The notes under the pieces were generated by a model. That model was given only the letters and a program-made list of their open reading frames with translations, did not search any database and was not told where the DNA came from. 64,000 bases of DNA from Eledone cirrhosa (lineage: Eukaryota). Below, piece by piece: positions 1 through 12,982 of the stretch. The translations under genes and the position numbers were made by a program. How positions within the stretch are numbered: position 1 is the first letter of the stretch; each line of letters opens with the position of its first letter. The stretch is taken from NCBI GenBank assembly GCA_964016885.1, contig OZ024754.1, positions 40,672,001 to 40,736,000 on the forward strand, written 5' to 3'.

Positions 1-1167
1 ATAATTTTATATAAGAACCTTACATTAAGTTACGATCTTACTAATGAAATAATAATTTTAGTGAATCCCTCAAAATTCTTCATTAACTAATTGAAATACA
101 GGGTTCCAATTTAAATAAAAAATCTTCCAACATAATTTTACATAAGAACCTCAGATTAAGTTACTATTTTACTAATGAAATAATTTTAGTAAATTGTTCA
201 AAATTCTTCACTAATTAATTAAAACAGTGTATTTCATTAGAAATGTGGTCACCAAAGGGTTAACCAGCAAACTACACATCACAACAGATACTACTAGAAA
301 CAAAAATCAAAATACTAAGAATGAAAGAGCACCAGGACATGTGAAGTGAGACAATTTGTTGCCACAGCAAGCTTCGACATCCAGTTCCTGTCACCACATG
401 AAATATCACCTCCAAACACTCAAACATTAACCAAATATCTCCCAATATCATCAGTTGCAACAAAAGTAAAACGTATTTAAAAAAAAAAAAAATAATAACA
501 ATGAAATTATTGTGTACAGTGCTCAGGTGCACTACAACTCATCAAAGGTGCATGTATAGTACATAGAATAATGTATAAATGTCAGGAAAGTGTATGAGTC
601 ATGATATACATGTGTGCATGTGTATGACGGGGGCAGGGGGAAATATTAGGTGTAGTGTTGACGAATTTCAGGAAGCATGGAGGTTTTAAAGGATGCAGTA
701 TTTCGGCAGCTAACAACTGATGCAGGTAGTTTGTTCGATGCTTCAGCAACTCTGAGCGTGAAAACATGTTTCCGAAAGTCATGGGAGCTGTGTTGTTTGT
801 TTGAATAAAAGTATTAGAAAGCTTCAGTGGTACTTAAATCTATATTTTAATAACAGCACAGCTTTTTCCTGTTTGTCTGTCATACATGAACAATACAGTC
901 GAGTAAAAACCTAGATTTTTTATGTAGAATTCATGAAACACCAATCTCTCCCTCTAACAATTATACATGCATATACATACACTCATGCACATACCATCAT
1001 CATCTTCACTGTTTAACGTCCATTTTCCATGCTAGCGCCTGAAGAAAGGCCACTATTTTGATGCCTCTTGGAGGTATGGTCAAATTTGGACCATGGAACC
1101 TTGGCTAATGCCCTTGTTCCGTGTATGAACATAAATGAATATAATACATGTGTGTGTATATACAAGT

Positions 1168-1381
1168 TTAACACTTTAGCATTCAAACCGGCCATATCCA
1201 GCCAGAATTCTTTCACTTCTTTCTGTTCAAATCGGCTGTAACTGGCCAGACATATTGATGTTAAGGTATTGTTCTCAAAATAAATAATATCAAAATCTCA
1301 GATTCGATATTATGTGAGATAAAGCATTTACCACTAAAATACAATAGTATATATAGACTAATGTAAATGCTAAAGAGTTAA
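1168..1381. mobile_element. piggyBac-like MITE (TTAA ends, CCCTTTA/TAAAGGG-type TIRs)
   Basis: About 210-230 bp family; other copies at about 2770-3000, 20712-20933, 38510-38695, 43048-43368, 43660-43864, 46512-47385, 51020-51180, 53557-53777. Confidence 0.75.
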
Positions 1382-3761
1382 AACAGACAATAATGAAATA
1401 GATTTAAAGCCATTACTTACTAGTAACTGTCCAACCCTTGCTATCAGGGAAGGTGGCCGTTAAAACAACAACGATGATGATGATGAACTGCTCCAGCAAG
1501 TTCCTTGGTTACAGAGGTCTACCTTATTATATAAGTGTTGGGGAATTTAATAAAATGTTATAATTATATCAATTATCTGTCACAACAGGAACCAATAAAA
1601 CTTCTGGTTCTGTTTCATAACAAAGAGTTATATGGACGACGTTCTTAAGACTGAGATGTGGAAATATTTGAAATCTATTTTGAATATTACATCTGGTTAG
1701 TAAACTGGAGTGTGGGAGGGTGAGAGATGGAATGTGAGAGGGTGAGAGGGATGAGAGAGGGGGGTGAGAATGAGAGAGGGATGAGAGAGGGAGAAAGAGG
1801 AGGGTGAGAAGGAGGCAAAGAGAGATAGAGAGACGTTGAGTGTATATGAATTGAGAGAACATATTTCAAAACAATGAGTATGTGTCTATGTATATATATA
1901 TACACACATACACACACATTTATATATATATACATACATACACATATATATATATACACCATCATCATTTAACATCTATTTTCTCTACTAACAAGGATTG
2001 GACAAGTCCTCACAGAGCAGGTCAGTACTTAATTGAAACTACTGACCACTCAGAATGTCAGTGACCAGTACATACACTACTTCACTAAAGCTACTGACCA
2101 CTCAGATTGTGATTGACCAGTACATACCCTACTTCACCAGAAACTACTGACCACTCAGAATGTCAGTGACCAGTGCATACACTACTTCACTAAAGCTACT
2201 GACCACTCACTCAGATTGTGAGTGACCAGCGCAAACCCTACTTCACCAGAAACTTTCAGCATCACAGTAACTAGCCTTCAGTGTCCAGCAACTATTTCTA
2301 CCATCACGTTCTTAACCCTTTCATTTCCATATTTCTAATAACATACACAAAGTGTTTAAAAGAATTTTGAAAATGTCTAAAATTTTAGATTAAATAAAAT
2401 AACTTTGCTGTTATTCCACTTGTTTGGAAAAGATTCAGACATAAAATTATGATGGGAGGTTTTAATTTAAATATATATAATTTAAGAAGGAATTTGTAGT
2501 TTACTTGAAGCATTGCATATGGTATAACAAATTTGAAGTTGAAAGCCACGACAATGCAGGTTTCTTCATCCAAACCTGCATTGTCGTGGCTTTCCAATTT
2601 CAAATTCTATATATAATTTAAAATGAAAGATAGTCACTTATTATCCATACTAAGCCATCACTCACTCACCATCAACTCTTCAACTACATTTAACTCTCAT
2701 TAAGCCCATGCTACGACAAGGAACGGCCATCACCTATTATATTTACACCACCTCTCTCACCAACTACATTTAATCCTTTAACATTTACATTACTCTATAT
2801 ATACTATCGTAATTTTGGGGTAAAGGCTTTATCTTTCATAATTATCTCACATAATATCGAATCTGTGAGATTTTGATATTTATTTTGAGAACAATACCTT
2901 AACATCAGAATGAGTGGTCGGCTACAACCAGTTTGAATAGAAAGAGAAGAGATGAGAGAATTCTGGCCGGATATGGCCCGGTTTAAATGCTAAAGGGTTA
3001 ATTCTCATCAAGCCCATGCTATGACAAGGAACTGCCATCACCTACTATATTTATTCCACCTCTGCCCTCCACAAACTGTGTGTATCATCATCATCATCGT
3101 TTAACATCTGTCTTCCACACTAGCATGGGTTAGACAGGAATTGTCCCACTTGACGCAAGGTTGGTCGGGTGACCGTGTCTCACTTGTATAGGACTATCTG
3201 GCAGGTTTTCTACGGCTGGATGCCCTTCCTAACACCAACCACGTTTACAGCGTGGACTGGGAGGTTTTTACCGTGTTACCTACACAACCACATTACAGCG
3301 TGGGCTGTGTGTTTTTTTTTTGTCATGACACCTACACAACCTCATTTATTTAGGACTGGATGTTGTGGTACCAACATGACTTTACAGAGAAAGGGGTGGT
3401 GTTGGTGGGTGAGTTTGGGTAGTGGGATGAGGGTGTATATTTGATTAAGAGGTGCCTACTGACTGTAGGTTTTCGCTTTGTACTTAGGCATATATACATA
3501 CATACAGTTTGTAGAGAGCATATGTGAAATGTAACCATCACTTATATTTACTCCACCTCTCACTCACCAACTACATTTAACTCACATCAAGTCCATATGA
3601 CAAGGAATGGCACCTGATATTTTTCCAATCTTTCCTCCTCTCTCCTCTCTCTCCATGATTTATTGACATTTCCCTATCAGCTACAACGCCCACATACAAC
3701 ACCAATATAGTTTTCTCCCCCAATAACTTCAAATAAGAATTACTAAGACTGTCAAGTAAAC

Positions 3762-3800
<39 letters not shown>

Positions 3801-4653
3801 ATTTCCATAATGTCAACAGTGTTTAAAATGTCAAAGTCTGTCATTCTCCAGTTCTTTATTGCCAATGTCTGTCTGCCATTCTCCTGTCCTCTATTATTAA
3901 ATGGTGAATGGTCAAATACATGAACGTATTGGTCTGTACTTTCATTAGATTTTGGCAGTTCTGGTCAAGGAAGGCCAGAATAATGACCAGGTTCAATGGT
4001 CATAACATTGTTGTGTGCTGTAGTTATTGAGCATCCATTTTAGGTAGCTAGCGCTTGAAGAGTCCACTTCAGTTGATAAGACTTTCCATTTACCAGTCGC
4101 AGCACATCTCGACTGCCTGAGAACAAGAACAGGGTGATGGGCACATGGTCAAATAGTTAGGGTGTTCGACTTGTAATCATAAAGTCATAAGGTTTAATTC
4201 AAAGGATCCCTCAATAAGATGCAACCTTACTCGAGTTGAAAATTATATTTTTCAAGTATGAAGTGATCAAAAGCTGCAGTTCATTAGACCACCTTGCAAG
4301 ACTTCAATGAAAATACAGTTTGTGGAGAGGTAGAAAGCTGTTATATAACCACCATATGTGTGTGCGCGTGCGCGTGTGCGTGTGTGTGTATTCTCAGACC
4401 AGGTGATGTGTTGTTTCCTTGAGCAAGACACTTTATTTCACATTGCTCCAGTTTACTCAGCAATGTGAAATAAAGTCCCTATCATCTCATTTCTACAGCT
4501 GAGTAAACTGGAGCAATGTGAAATAAAGTGTCTTGCTCAAAGAAACAACACATCACCCGGTCTGAGAATTGAACTCACAACCTTTCGATTGCAAGCCCAA
4601 TGCTCTAACCACTTAGCCATATACATATATATATATGTGTGTGTGTGTGTGTG

Positions 4654-4694
<41 letters not shown>

Positions 4695-5122
4695 GATGAT
4701 GATGATGATGACACATACATATGAAGATGACTTGATCAATATATCTTACACACTTATAACAGCAGACACTTGTACTCTTAAAGTAATCTTCAGTCAACAT
4801 TAGCATGACTGTGTGCTAGGTAAGACTAATTATATAAATTACAGGTAGAGTCTATCAGGCGGTCTTTCTGTTTTCACTGGTAACATATATGGGGTGACAC
4901 AAGACTACGTGGTAGTTGATAGATCCTATAACTGGATTGAACCAACGACCTAATCCCTTCAGTGGAAACGTCACAACTATTCAAGTAATAAAGCACACAT
5001 ATTACTATATGTATTGTGTCCTTTTACTGGTTTCAGTCATTAAAGTGCGGCCATGCTGGGGCACCACCTTGGTGTGACTTAGCCGATCATAACCATTGTA
5101 TTAGGTATATATATTTATATAT

Positions 5123-5228
5123 TAACAATATTAATAAATGGAAAACATCTTTACAAAACCATATTTATTTTATAAAAATAAAATAAGTATGGTTTTGTAA
5201 AGATGTTTTCCATTTATTAATATTGTTA
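5123..5228. repeat. Palindrome, about 51-bp arms
   Basis: taacaatattaataaatggaaaacatc... and its reverse complement around a 4-nt loop. Confidence 0.9.
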
Positions 5229-5345
5229 GTATTATTGATATTCCAGATAAAAACTGTAGAGTGCTTCTAACCTGTTGTAAAATTAAATTGGTTGAATAAT
5301 CAACAAACCATATAACTCATTGTTTATATATATATATAAACTCAC

Positions 5346-5428
5346 ATATCTGATGAGATGTCGAAAAAGAGTCGGGTCTGATCATCTTGATTGTTCCGAG
5401 CTGATCGACATCGAAGCAATTGTAGTAT
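5346..5428 (+). ncRNA. Type I hammerhead ribozyme motif (A15.1 changed to G)
   Basis: atat-CTGATGA(5350)-gatgtcga...tcgacatc-GAAG-caattg-TA-gtat; AATAAA at 5432. Confidence 0.7.
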
Positions 5429-5469
5429 ACAAATAAAGTTAGGACTTTTGCTACAATACTCACTTCGAT

Positions 5470-5501
<32 letters not shown>

Positions 5502-5711
5502 GAATAAAGTTAGTCCTTCATCAGTGATCTTCCAACCATCATTGGTATTTCATCGCTTTAAAGACCATATACCTCCGGTTGGTGCGAGCAACGGCTAAAA
5601 AAAGTCGTTGGGACATGTAAATAAAGGGGACACGAGTGTAAACAAACAAAGATGGTGAAGCAACGAAAAGTGAGGAAGAAGGAGTCAAGTCCTAAATTTC
5701 ACGAAAAGTGA

Positions 5712-5751
<40 letters not shown>

Positions 5752-5902
5752 ATTATAATAAAAGATAGCCTTAAGTAGGCTGAATGGGCAGCACTTGAGG
5801 GCGACTGGCTAAAGTGGAAGATGCTAGATGGTCGGTCGTCCTCGGGTCTATGATTTTCAGCCCCATGGATTTTATCTGTTACATTCATTTATTGTATTTA
5901 GA

Positions 5903-5960
5903 ATACCTGATGATATCACCGGATTCATACCGAACCCGGTCATTGAAATGATCATAGTAT
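5903..5960 (+). ncRNA. Type I hammerhead ribozyme motif
   Basis: atac-CTGATGA(5907)-stem II accgg/ccggt-GAAA(5945)-tgatca-TA-gtat-AATAAA. Confidence 0.75.
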
Positions 5961-6274
5961 AATAAACCTTTCAACGATTTACACAAGTCCACCCTCCTCC
6001 TGTTATTTTATTATAATATTTAACTCCGTACTCGCACCACCAACTACACAAACGAAGACGGTTGAGCTGCTTTACGTTGAGTACTCTCCATATTATTACA
6101 TCAAGATTGACCATACGGAATTGACCAGTGGTGAACCTTCAAACCTAAATACATATATATATATTTAACGATAGTTATAGCTCTGATTTATCTGAATTAT
6201 TGAGCCCTCTGCCACTCATTTCGAATTTTGTTTATCGTGAACTCGTGCGCCGATTTTTCGATACTTGATTATTC

Positions 6275-6316
<42 letters not shown>

Positions 6317-6653
6317 CCAAACACAAACGAAAATGTATTTTACACACGCACATTTTATACCTCCAAAAATCAAATATAATTCACACATCTGTGATATGTA
6401 TACACCTACCTTCACAGGTATGCACTTGGTTGTAACGACATGCACACCAGGTGTACACATGTCTAGCTAATATACTTAAATAGCCATACTACACGAACAG
6501 ACATACTCCAAGCTACACCTAATCACATGTATTATGTTTATATATATTGCGAAAGAGGGGGGGGGGGTGAGGGTACTATTGGAAGTAATCAGATATTAAA
6601 TAGTACAACACACACAACACTTACTAAAATATTGTTTATATACATACACACAC

Positions 6654-6723
<70 letters not shown>

Positions 6724-6751
6724 TTTAATAAACAACATAAGGCAATTATTC

Positions 6752-6805
6752 CATTTACCAGTGGTTTCTTAAAAGCAAAGGATTTTGCTTTCAATCCTCA
6801 GAATG
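6752..6805 (-). ncRNA. Type I hammerhead ribozyme motif
   Basis: Minus strand: catt-CTGAGGA-ttgaaagcaaa atcc tttgcttttaa-GAAA-cc act gg-TA-aatg. Same family as 8834-8900. Confidence 0.82.
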
Positions 6806-6845
6806 AAAAAATCCCGGTCTGTTTATTGAATTTGGATTTTAAAAA

Positions 6846-6908
<63 letters not shown>

Positions 6909-6948
6909 TCAGATGTGAGAAAAACCACAGACCCCCATTTCAACTCTA

Positions 6949-6984
6949 CTTTTGAAAAGCAGAAGAACTGCGAAACCGGTAAAG
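6949..6984 (+). ncRNA. Minimal hammerhead ribozyme, U3:A8 core variant
   Basis: ctt-TTGAAAA-gcag aagaa ctgc-GAAA-ccgg-TA-aag; AATAAA at 6991. Confidence 0.7.
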
Positions 6985-7051
6985 GAACCAAATAAATATA
7001 TATATCTTTTTAAAAAAAGACTCCAGTTGCATTTTCGATTTCATCTTTATT

Positions 7052-7088
<37 letters not shown>

Positions 7089-8450
7089 GTATATATATAT
7101 ATATATTTGTTATATATATATATATAACAAAGGGAGTGTGGTAAGATACCAGGTGGACCATAACGCACCAGAGTACTCAATACTTGGGGTAGTAGCGTAA
7201 ATAATAGGAAGAGTCAGGACCCCGACGGCTGAGCTCCGGCCGTTTCGACAGCTATACATATACATATATACATATATATATATACACACACACACATGAT
7301 TTTACACGAATGAAACAGTTCTAGTACTGTAGAAGCTATTTCTATATTAAATGATGCTTACACTTTACTAATGTATTGAGTACCTTTTCTAAAACTATGG
7401 TTACCCCAACCCCACCACCGACATTACTCGGGATCTACATATGTGTGTACACACATACACATACATACATACATACATACACACACACATACACACACAC
7501 ACGCACGCACCGCGCGCATATTATATAATTTTTTTTTTAAGTCTCTCCCGATTCTTATGTAATACAGATGAATATGTATAATAATTGTTTCTACTTTAGG
7601 CACAAGGCCAGGATACCCAGTACATTACTGGTACTTTATATGTATAATAATGTACTAATATGTATAATAATAATATCCCTTATATATAATTGTTTCTACT
7701 TTAGGCACAAGGCCAGCAATTACCCAGTGCATTACTGGTACTTTATTTTATCGACCCCGTAATATATAATATATATATATAATGGAAGTAATTCAGTTGT
7801 TGATCCGAACAGAATATCAAAAGTAAATGTAGTTTCCTTAATGACCAACGACTGCTGCTCAGGTAGACATTAGGTAGGAATTAAATAGAAAAACTGCACA
7901 ATTCAGAGTAGATACTAATACACTTCTCAGTCAACAGAGAAAAACTGTTCTCTCTCTCTCTATCTATCATATGTGTGTATTTCAAACGAATGAAACGGTT
8001 CTAGTCCTGTAGAAGTCATTTCTCTCTCTATATAAATATAATAATAATAATGCTTTCTTTATTAACCACAAGGGTTTACATAAAGTAGACATTAAGGACA
8101 GTATAGGACAATACAGGACGGTACAAATGGGCATTTCTGCGTGTAAAAAAAAAACAGAGGATGTAATAAAAAATAACAATGAAAAATTCCCCAATAGGGG
8201 GGAGACTTCCGAGGGACATTTGTGGAGAAAGCCCATTAAAAGGCCACAGTGACCCTGACCACCAGAGCAAGTGCCCTCTCCCAGTTTTCCACCTTTAATT
8301 TACAGAGTAGGCCCATTCACACGGGCCATACTTGCTTCTCTCACCCATCTTTCAACAAAATAATAAGAATAATAATAATAAAGATGCCTATACTCTACCA
8401 ATGTATTGAGTACTTTTTTTAACTGTTGTAACTCCCGACACAACTCGGGA

Positions 8451-8505
<55 letters not shown>

Positions 8506-8833
8506 CTGTTATTTCTATAATACCAAGAGGGTGTTGAACTACAACACACTCTAGTATTTCAATTCTTATATATATATATATTACTTCGTTTTTTAATGTT
8601 TTGCAGGTGTGTGTCTTTTTATTGGTAACATGACCCTCCCAAAGTATAACTATATATATATATATATAAAGTATTTCCGTAGGAAGGGTAAAGGAAAGGA
8701 GAGTGCTCTATGTATGCTACAGAGCTATTTAATTATATAATAAACAACATAAGACAATTATTCCATTTACCAAAGGTTGGGGTGAGATATGATTTTGTTT
8801 TTAAATTCATATCTTACGCCCATATTAAATTTT

Positions 8834-8900
8834 CATTCTGATGAGCGATTTCAGACGTCTGTGTTGAATTCGTCTGTCTTCGTGAAACCTTTGGTAAATG
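8834..8900 (+). ncRNA. Type I hammerhead ribozyme motif
   Basis: catt-CTGATGA(8838)-gcga..cagacg/cgtctg..tcgt-GAAA(8884)-cc ttt gg-TA-aatg. Confidence 0.8.
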
Positions 8901-9172
8901 GAATAATTGTCTTATGTTGTTTATTACAAATATATATATATATATATATAGTGGCTATACCTTGTAGTGAGATTTCTTCCCCCCTCCCCCGTGTAATGTG
9001 TGTGTGAGCATGTTTTATGTACACGTGAAATATGTGTAAATATTTTAAACATGACTTAATTTAACGGGAAAAAAATTCGAAAAGAAAATAGGAAATATGT
9101 CAGGAAAGGTAAATGAAAGGTATTTTAAAATAATCTACAAAGTACTGATTAGTTTTTTCACTTAGATCTTAC

Positions 9173-9259
9173 CGCACCTGTCTAGTTTAATTGAAGGATT
9201 TCAACGAATACTATATTTTAAAAGTAAACATTAAAAAAAGTCATGTTATGTTGAAAAAC
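9173..9259 (-). other. Candidate non-coding internal exon
   Basis: T-rich tract and tttacag acceptor with GCG|gtaaga donor delimit 87 nt; no long open frame. Confidence 0.4.
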
Positions 9260-9317
9260 CTGTAAAAAATAATAAAACAAAAAAAAAGGCGGCAGAACAA
9301 TCGAAGATGTTGACCAA

Positions 9318-9745
9318 CACACCTGTACCTTACTTTCACTACCCACCCATACACCTGTACCTTACTTTCCCTACCCACACACGTGTACCTTGCCTTCTCT
9401 ACCCACACACCTGTACCTTACCTTCCGTACCTACATACCTGTACCTTACCTTCCTTCATACCAGCATCTTACCTTCCCTATCCAACCACACATATGTACC
9501 TTACCTTCCCTACCAATACACCTGTACCTTGCCTTCCCTACCCACAAACCTGTACCTTGCTTTTCCCTATTTACACACCTGTACCTTACCTTCCCTATCC
9601 ACCCACACATATGTACCTTCCCTTCCCTACACACACACCTGTACCTTACCTTCCGTACTTACATACCTGTACCTTACCTTCCGTACCTACATACATGTAC
9701 CTTCTCTACCCACACACCTGTACCTTCCCTTCCCTACTCACACAC
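9318..9745. repeat. Degenerate minisatellite cacacctgtaccttaccttccctacc
   Basis: About 26-29-bp units. Confidence 0.88.
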
Positions 9746-10812
9746 CTAGCTACAGCCAGGTAAAACTATTTAACGATCAACAACTCCATACATGTTTGAC
9801 ACTAACTACTACCTGGTCATATAACACAAAACATTTTATTTCTTCTACCCACCTTCGGATGGGGGAATAATTTGTATTAATATTGTGGGATCGGTCAGTA
9901 GGAGAAAAGTGTATCTAGAAAACCAATAATATCAATAATATTGTAATTAACTTTTTTAAAATGTTTACAAGCTCACAAAATACAATTCAAATTTTCTCCA
10001 GAAATGTGTTTACAACATTTTTAGATTAACTTAATTAAATCACCTGAAATAATGAGGAAAAAAATTAAATAGAAATAATTTATTTTAAAAAATGTTAAGG
10101 TCAGTTTTTAAAATAATTTGGATCTTTTTTTTAATTAACAGATATAAACTTATTAAATTCAGAGCTATGTGATTTTAGGACTTATAGGATTGTGAAAGAC
10201 ATCTATGTATGTATATTTATATGTTTAATTTAAAACCACCTGCAAGAATGTTAGATGTCGATTTTATAAATAGTGTCACAAATGAATTAAAACAACACAT
10301 GCTTTGTGACGTGCAGAACTGATAAGAGAGAAAATAAAATAACGCACACACACTATAAACTAGGATCTATTAGATACAAATATTATAAGAAGATATAAGA
10401 GTCCCGTAAGTGGTTAAGATTTATGGAGGTAACGAGTCCGATTTTAATTAGCCGGAGGAGGTCAAAAAAACAAACTCTCTCTCTCTCTCTGCACAGCCAA
10501 CAATTATACAAGCACTTTGCAATATATATTAATATATCATTTTCGTCCAGTATTCACCATTTATTACAGTTAAGTCTAGCTGGAAATACTGTTTTAATAT
10601 CCCAGCAATGACAGTAAGAAAGGAGAAGAAAAACAATAACAACATTTAAGTGGGACACTCTATTCTGACACATACCTGCATATACTATATATATATATAT
10701 ATCGCCATTCGGACATATCAACTATTACAGATATATACAAGAATAAATCCAAAATTTTCAATGAAAATCAAAGAATATTATGCAAAATTATTATAGAATT
10801 ATAAAGACTTAC

Positions 10813-10975
10813 TTTCTAAATGAAGTATGTTTAAGTTATAAATCCTATTTTCGTCTGTTTGTCTGAGGGAACTATGAAATTGATATTGACGCCATGTTTT
10901 TGATCCGGGTACTTTTTGACGATCAAACTTCGTTACGAAGGAGAGGAGGCGTGACAGACATGCGTTACTCCCACC
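10813..10975 (-). promoter_or_regulatory. Candidate promoter and non-coding first exon of a leftward gene
   Basis: Local CpG enrichment, YY1-like AAACATGGCGTC on the minus strand at about 10888-10899, strong donor AAA|gtaagt at 10812. The ATG opens only MASISIS-stop. Confidence 0.45.
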
Positions 10976-10995
10976 TTCTCTACAACGTTGATAAC

Positions 10996-11830
10996 TCTTA
11001 CTCCTCCTCTCTCATTCAACCTATTCTCTCTCTCTCTCTCTCTTAATCACTCTCATTTTACCCTTTTACTCTCTCTCTTACACCCCTTCATTATACCTAT
11101 TAACTCTATCTCACTTACTCCCCTTCATTATACATATTGACTCTCTCTCTTACTCCCCTTCATTCTACCTATCTACTCGTTCCCTTACTCCCCCTCATTA
11201 TACCTTTTTACTCTCTCTCTCTCTTACTCTCCCTCATTCAACCTATCTACTCATCCTCTTACTCCCCCTTATTGTACCTTTTTACTCTATCTCTTACTCC
11301 CTCCTCGTTCTACCTTCTTACTCTATCTCTTACTCCCACTTGTTTAAACTGCTTACTCTACCTTTTACTCCCCCTCGTTATACCTTTTTACTCTATCTTT
11401 TACTCCCCCTCGTTATACCCTTTTACTCTATCTTTTACTCCCGCTCGTACCTTCTTACTCTATCTCTTACTCCCCTCGTTCTACCTTCTTACTCTATATC
11501 TTACTCCCCCTCGTTCTACATATAATTCTATATTCTGCCTCTTACCACCCTTTCATTCTATAGTCTTATACCTATCTATCTATGCAATCTGCCTCTTACC
11601 CTCCCTCCTTTAATAGTTCTATATCTATCTATTCTGCCTCTTACTCCCCGTCTATTTTATAGTTCTATACCTATCTCTTCTGACTCTTACTCCCCTCCTT
11701 CTATAGTTCTATGCCTATACTTTCTGCCTCTTACTCCCCCTTCTTCAATAGTTCTATGCCTATACTTTCTTTCCCTTATTCTCCCTCCTTCTATAGTTCT
11801 ATATCTATCTACCCTGCCACTAACTCCCCC
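10996..11830. repeat. Pyrimidine-rich degenerate minisatellite
   Basis: tcttactcccctcattataccttttactc-type units of about 32-38 bp. Confidence 0.85.
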
Positions 11831-12408
11831 TCCTCCTCTTCCCAACTATTTAATGAAAATCCTTCCGCTCCTCCTCCTTACACTATATAGTAACCCCCCC
11901 CCCACACACACACACTAACATCACTTCTACCTCACACTTTATTAAATTTCTTTTCACTTATCTAACATCTATATAGCTTTGCATTCCTTTCTACTCTTGT
12001 CTATCTCTTACCTCTTCTTTCATTTCTTTCCGTATATATTATCTTGAAATGCATTTTTGAAAAAAAGAAAAATACTGCTAAACGATATTTCTTGTGAGGT
12101 TTCTCCTTTCAGCTTCCCTATAAACTATATTTAGATACCTGATTTTACTATAGGAATCTTTCTTTTCAACTTTTAAATATTTAGTTTTTAATAAGCTTTC
12201 TTTGTGTGCACATTTTTTTTTTTTCATCCTTACCTACTTTCATTCTGTACTGAAAGATTTGAGTTATTTAAGACATTCCTGAGAAAATTGCTCTCCCTTC
12301 AATACTCAGGAATGTTCCTTTAAAATTTCCCTTTTCACATTAATAAGTCTCCCTTTTGAAAACATTGTTTTATACCAAGCCTTTCCAAAAATGCAGGTAG
12401 AGTAAAAT

Positions 12409-12982
12409 AATTGTTTCTACTTTAGGTACAAGGCCAGCAATTACCCCAGTGCATTACTGGTACTTCATTTCATCGACCACGTAAGGATGAAAGGCAAAGT
12501 TAACCTCGGCGGGATTTGAACTCAGACCGTAAAAGGGCGTAACTCTATGCTGCCAAGCATGGCGTCCGTCCCTCAACTGATACTGCCGCCAGTAAAATAA
12601 TTGTTTCTACTTTTGGCAAAAGGCCAGGAATTTATCCTAGTGTATTACTGGTACTTTATTTCATCGACCCCATAAGGATGACAAGCCAAGTTAACCTCGG
12701 CGGGATTTGAACTCAGAATGGCAAGGGCCGTAACTCTATGCGTCAAAGCATGGCGTCCGACCCTCTACCGATACTGCCAATCCACAGCCAGTAAAATAAT
12801 TGTTTCTACATTTGACACAAGGCCAGCAATTATCCCAGTGTATTACTGGTGCTTTATTTTATCGACCCCATAAGGATGAAAGGCAAAGTTATACTCGGCG
12901 GGATTTAAACTCAGACCATAAAGGGACGTAACTCTTTGCTGCAAAGCATGGCGTCCGACCCTCTACCAATACTGCCAATCCA
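12409..12982 (-). mobile_element. Three tandem copies of tRNA-derived SINE family A
   Basis: Head with A-box TGGCAGTATCGG and B-box GAGTTCAAATCC, core gcctttcatccttacggggtcgataaaataaagtacca, tail agaaacaattatt. Other copies at about 14601, 16674, 16898, 22264, 26600, 35466, 38255, 50480, 52500, 53957, 54905, 58070. Confidence 0.88.

Noticed and set aside
272-532. 86-aa hydrophobic ORF and the 1569-1862 ORF as coding exons
   Set aside because: They begin in a LINE tail or simple repeat, show no recognisable motif and have no phase-consistent splice partners.
5501-5530. Minus-strand CTGATGA at about 5518-5524, and GAAA-palindrome halves at about 7235-7250 and 54155-54172
   Set aside because: Only half of the core is present, truncated by (TA)n or other insertions; they may be remnants but cannot be called ribozymes.
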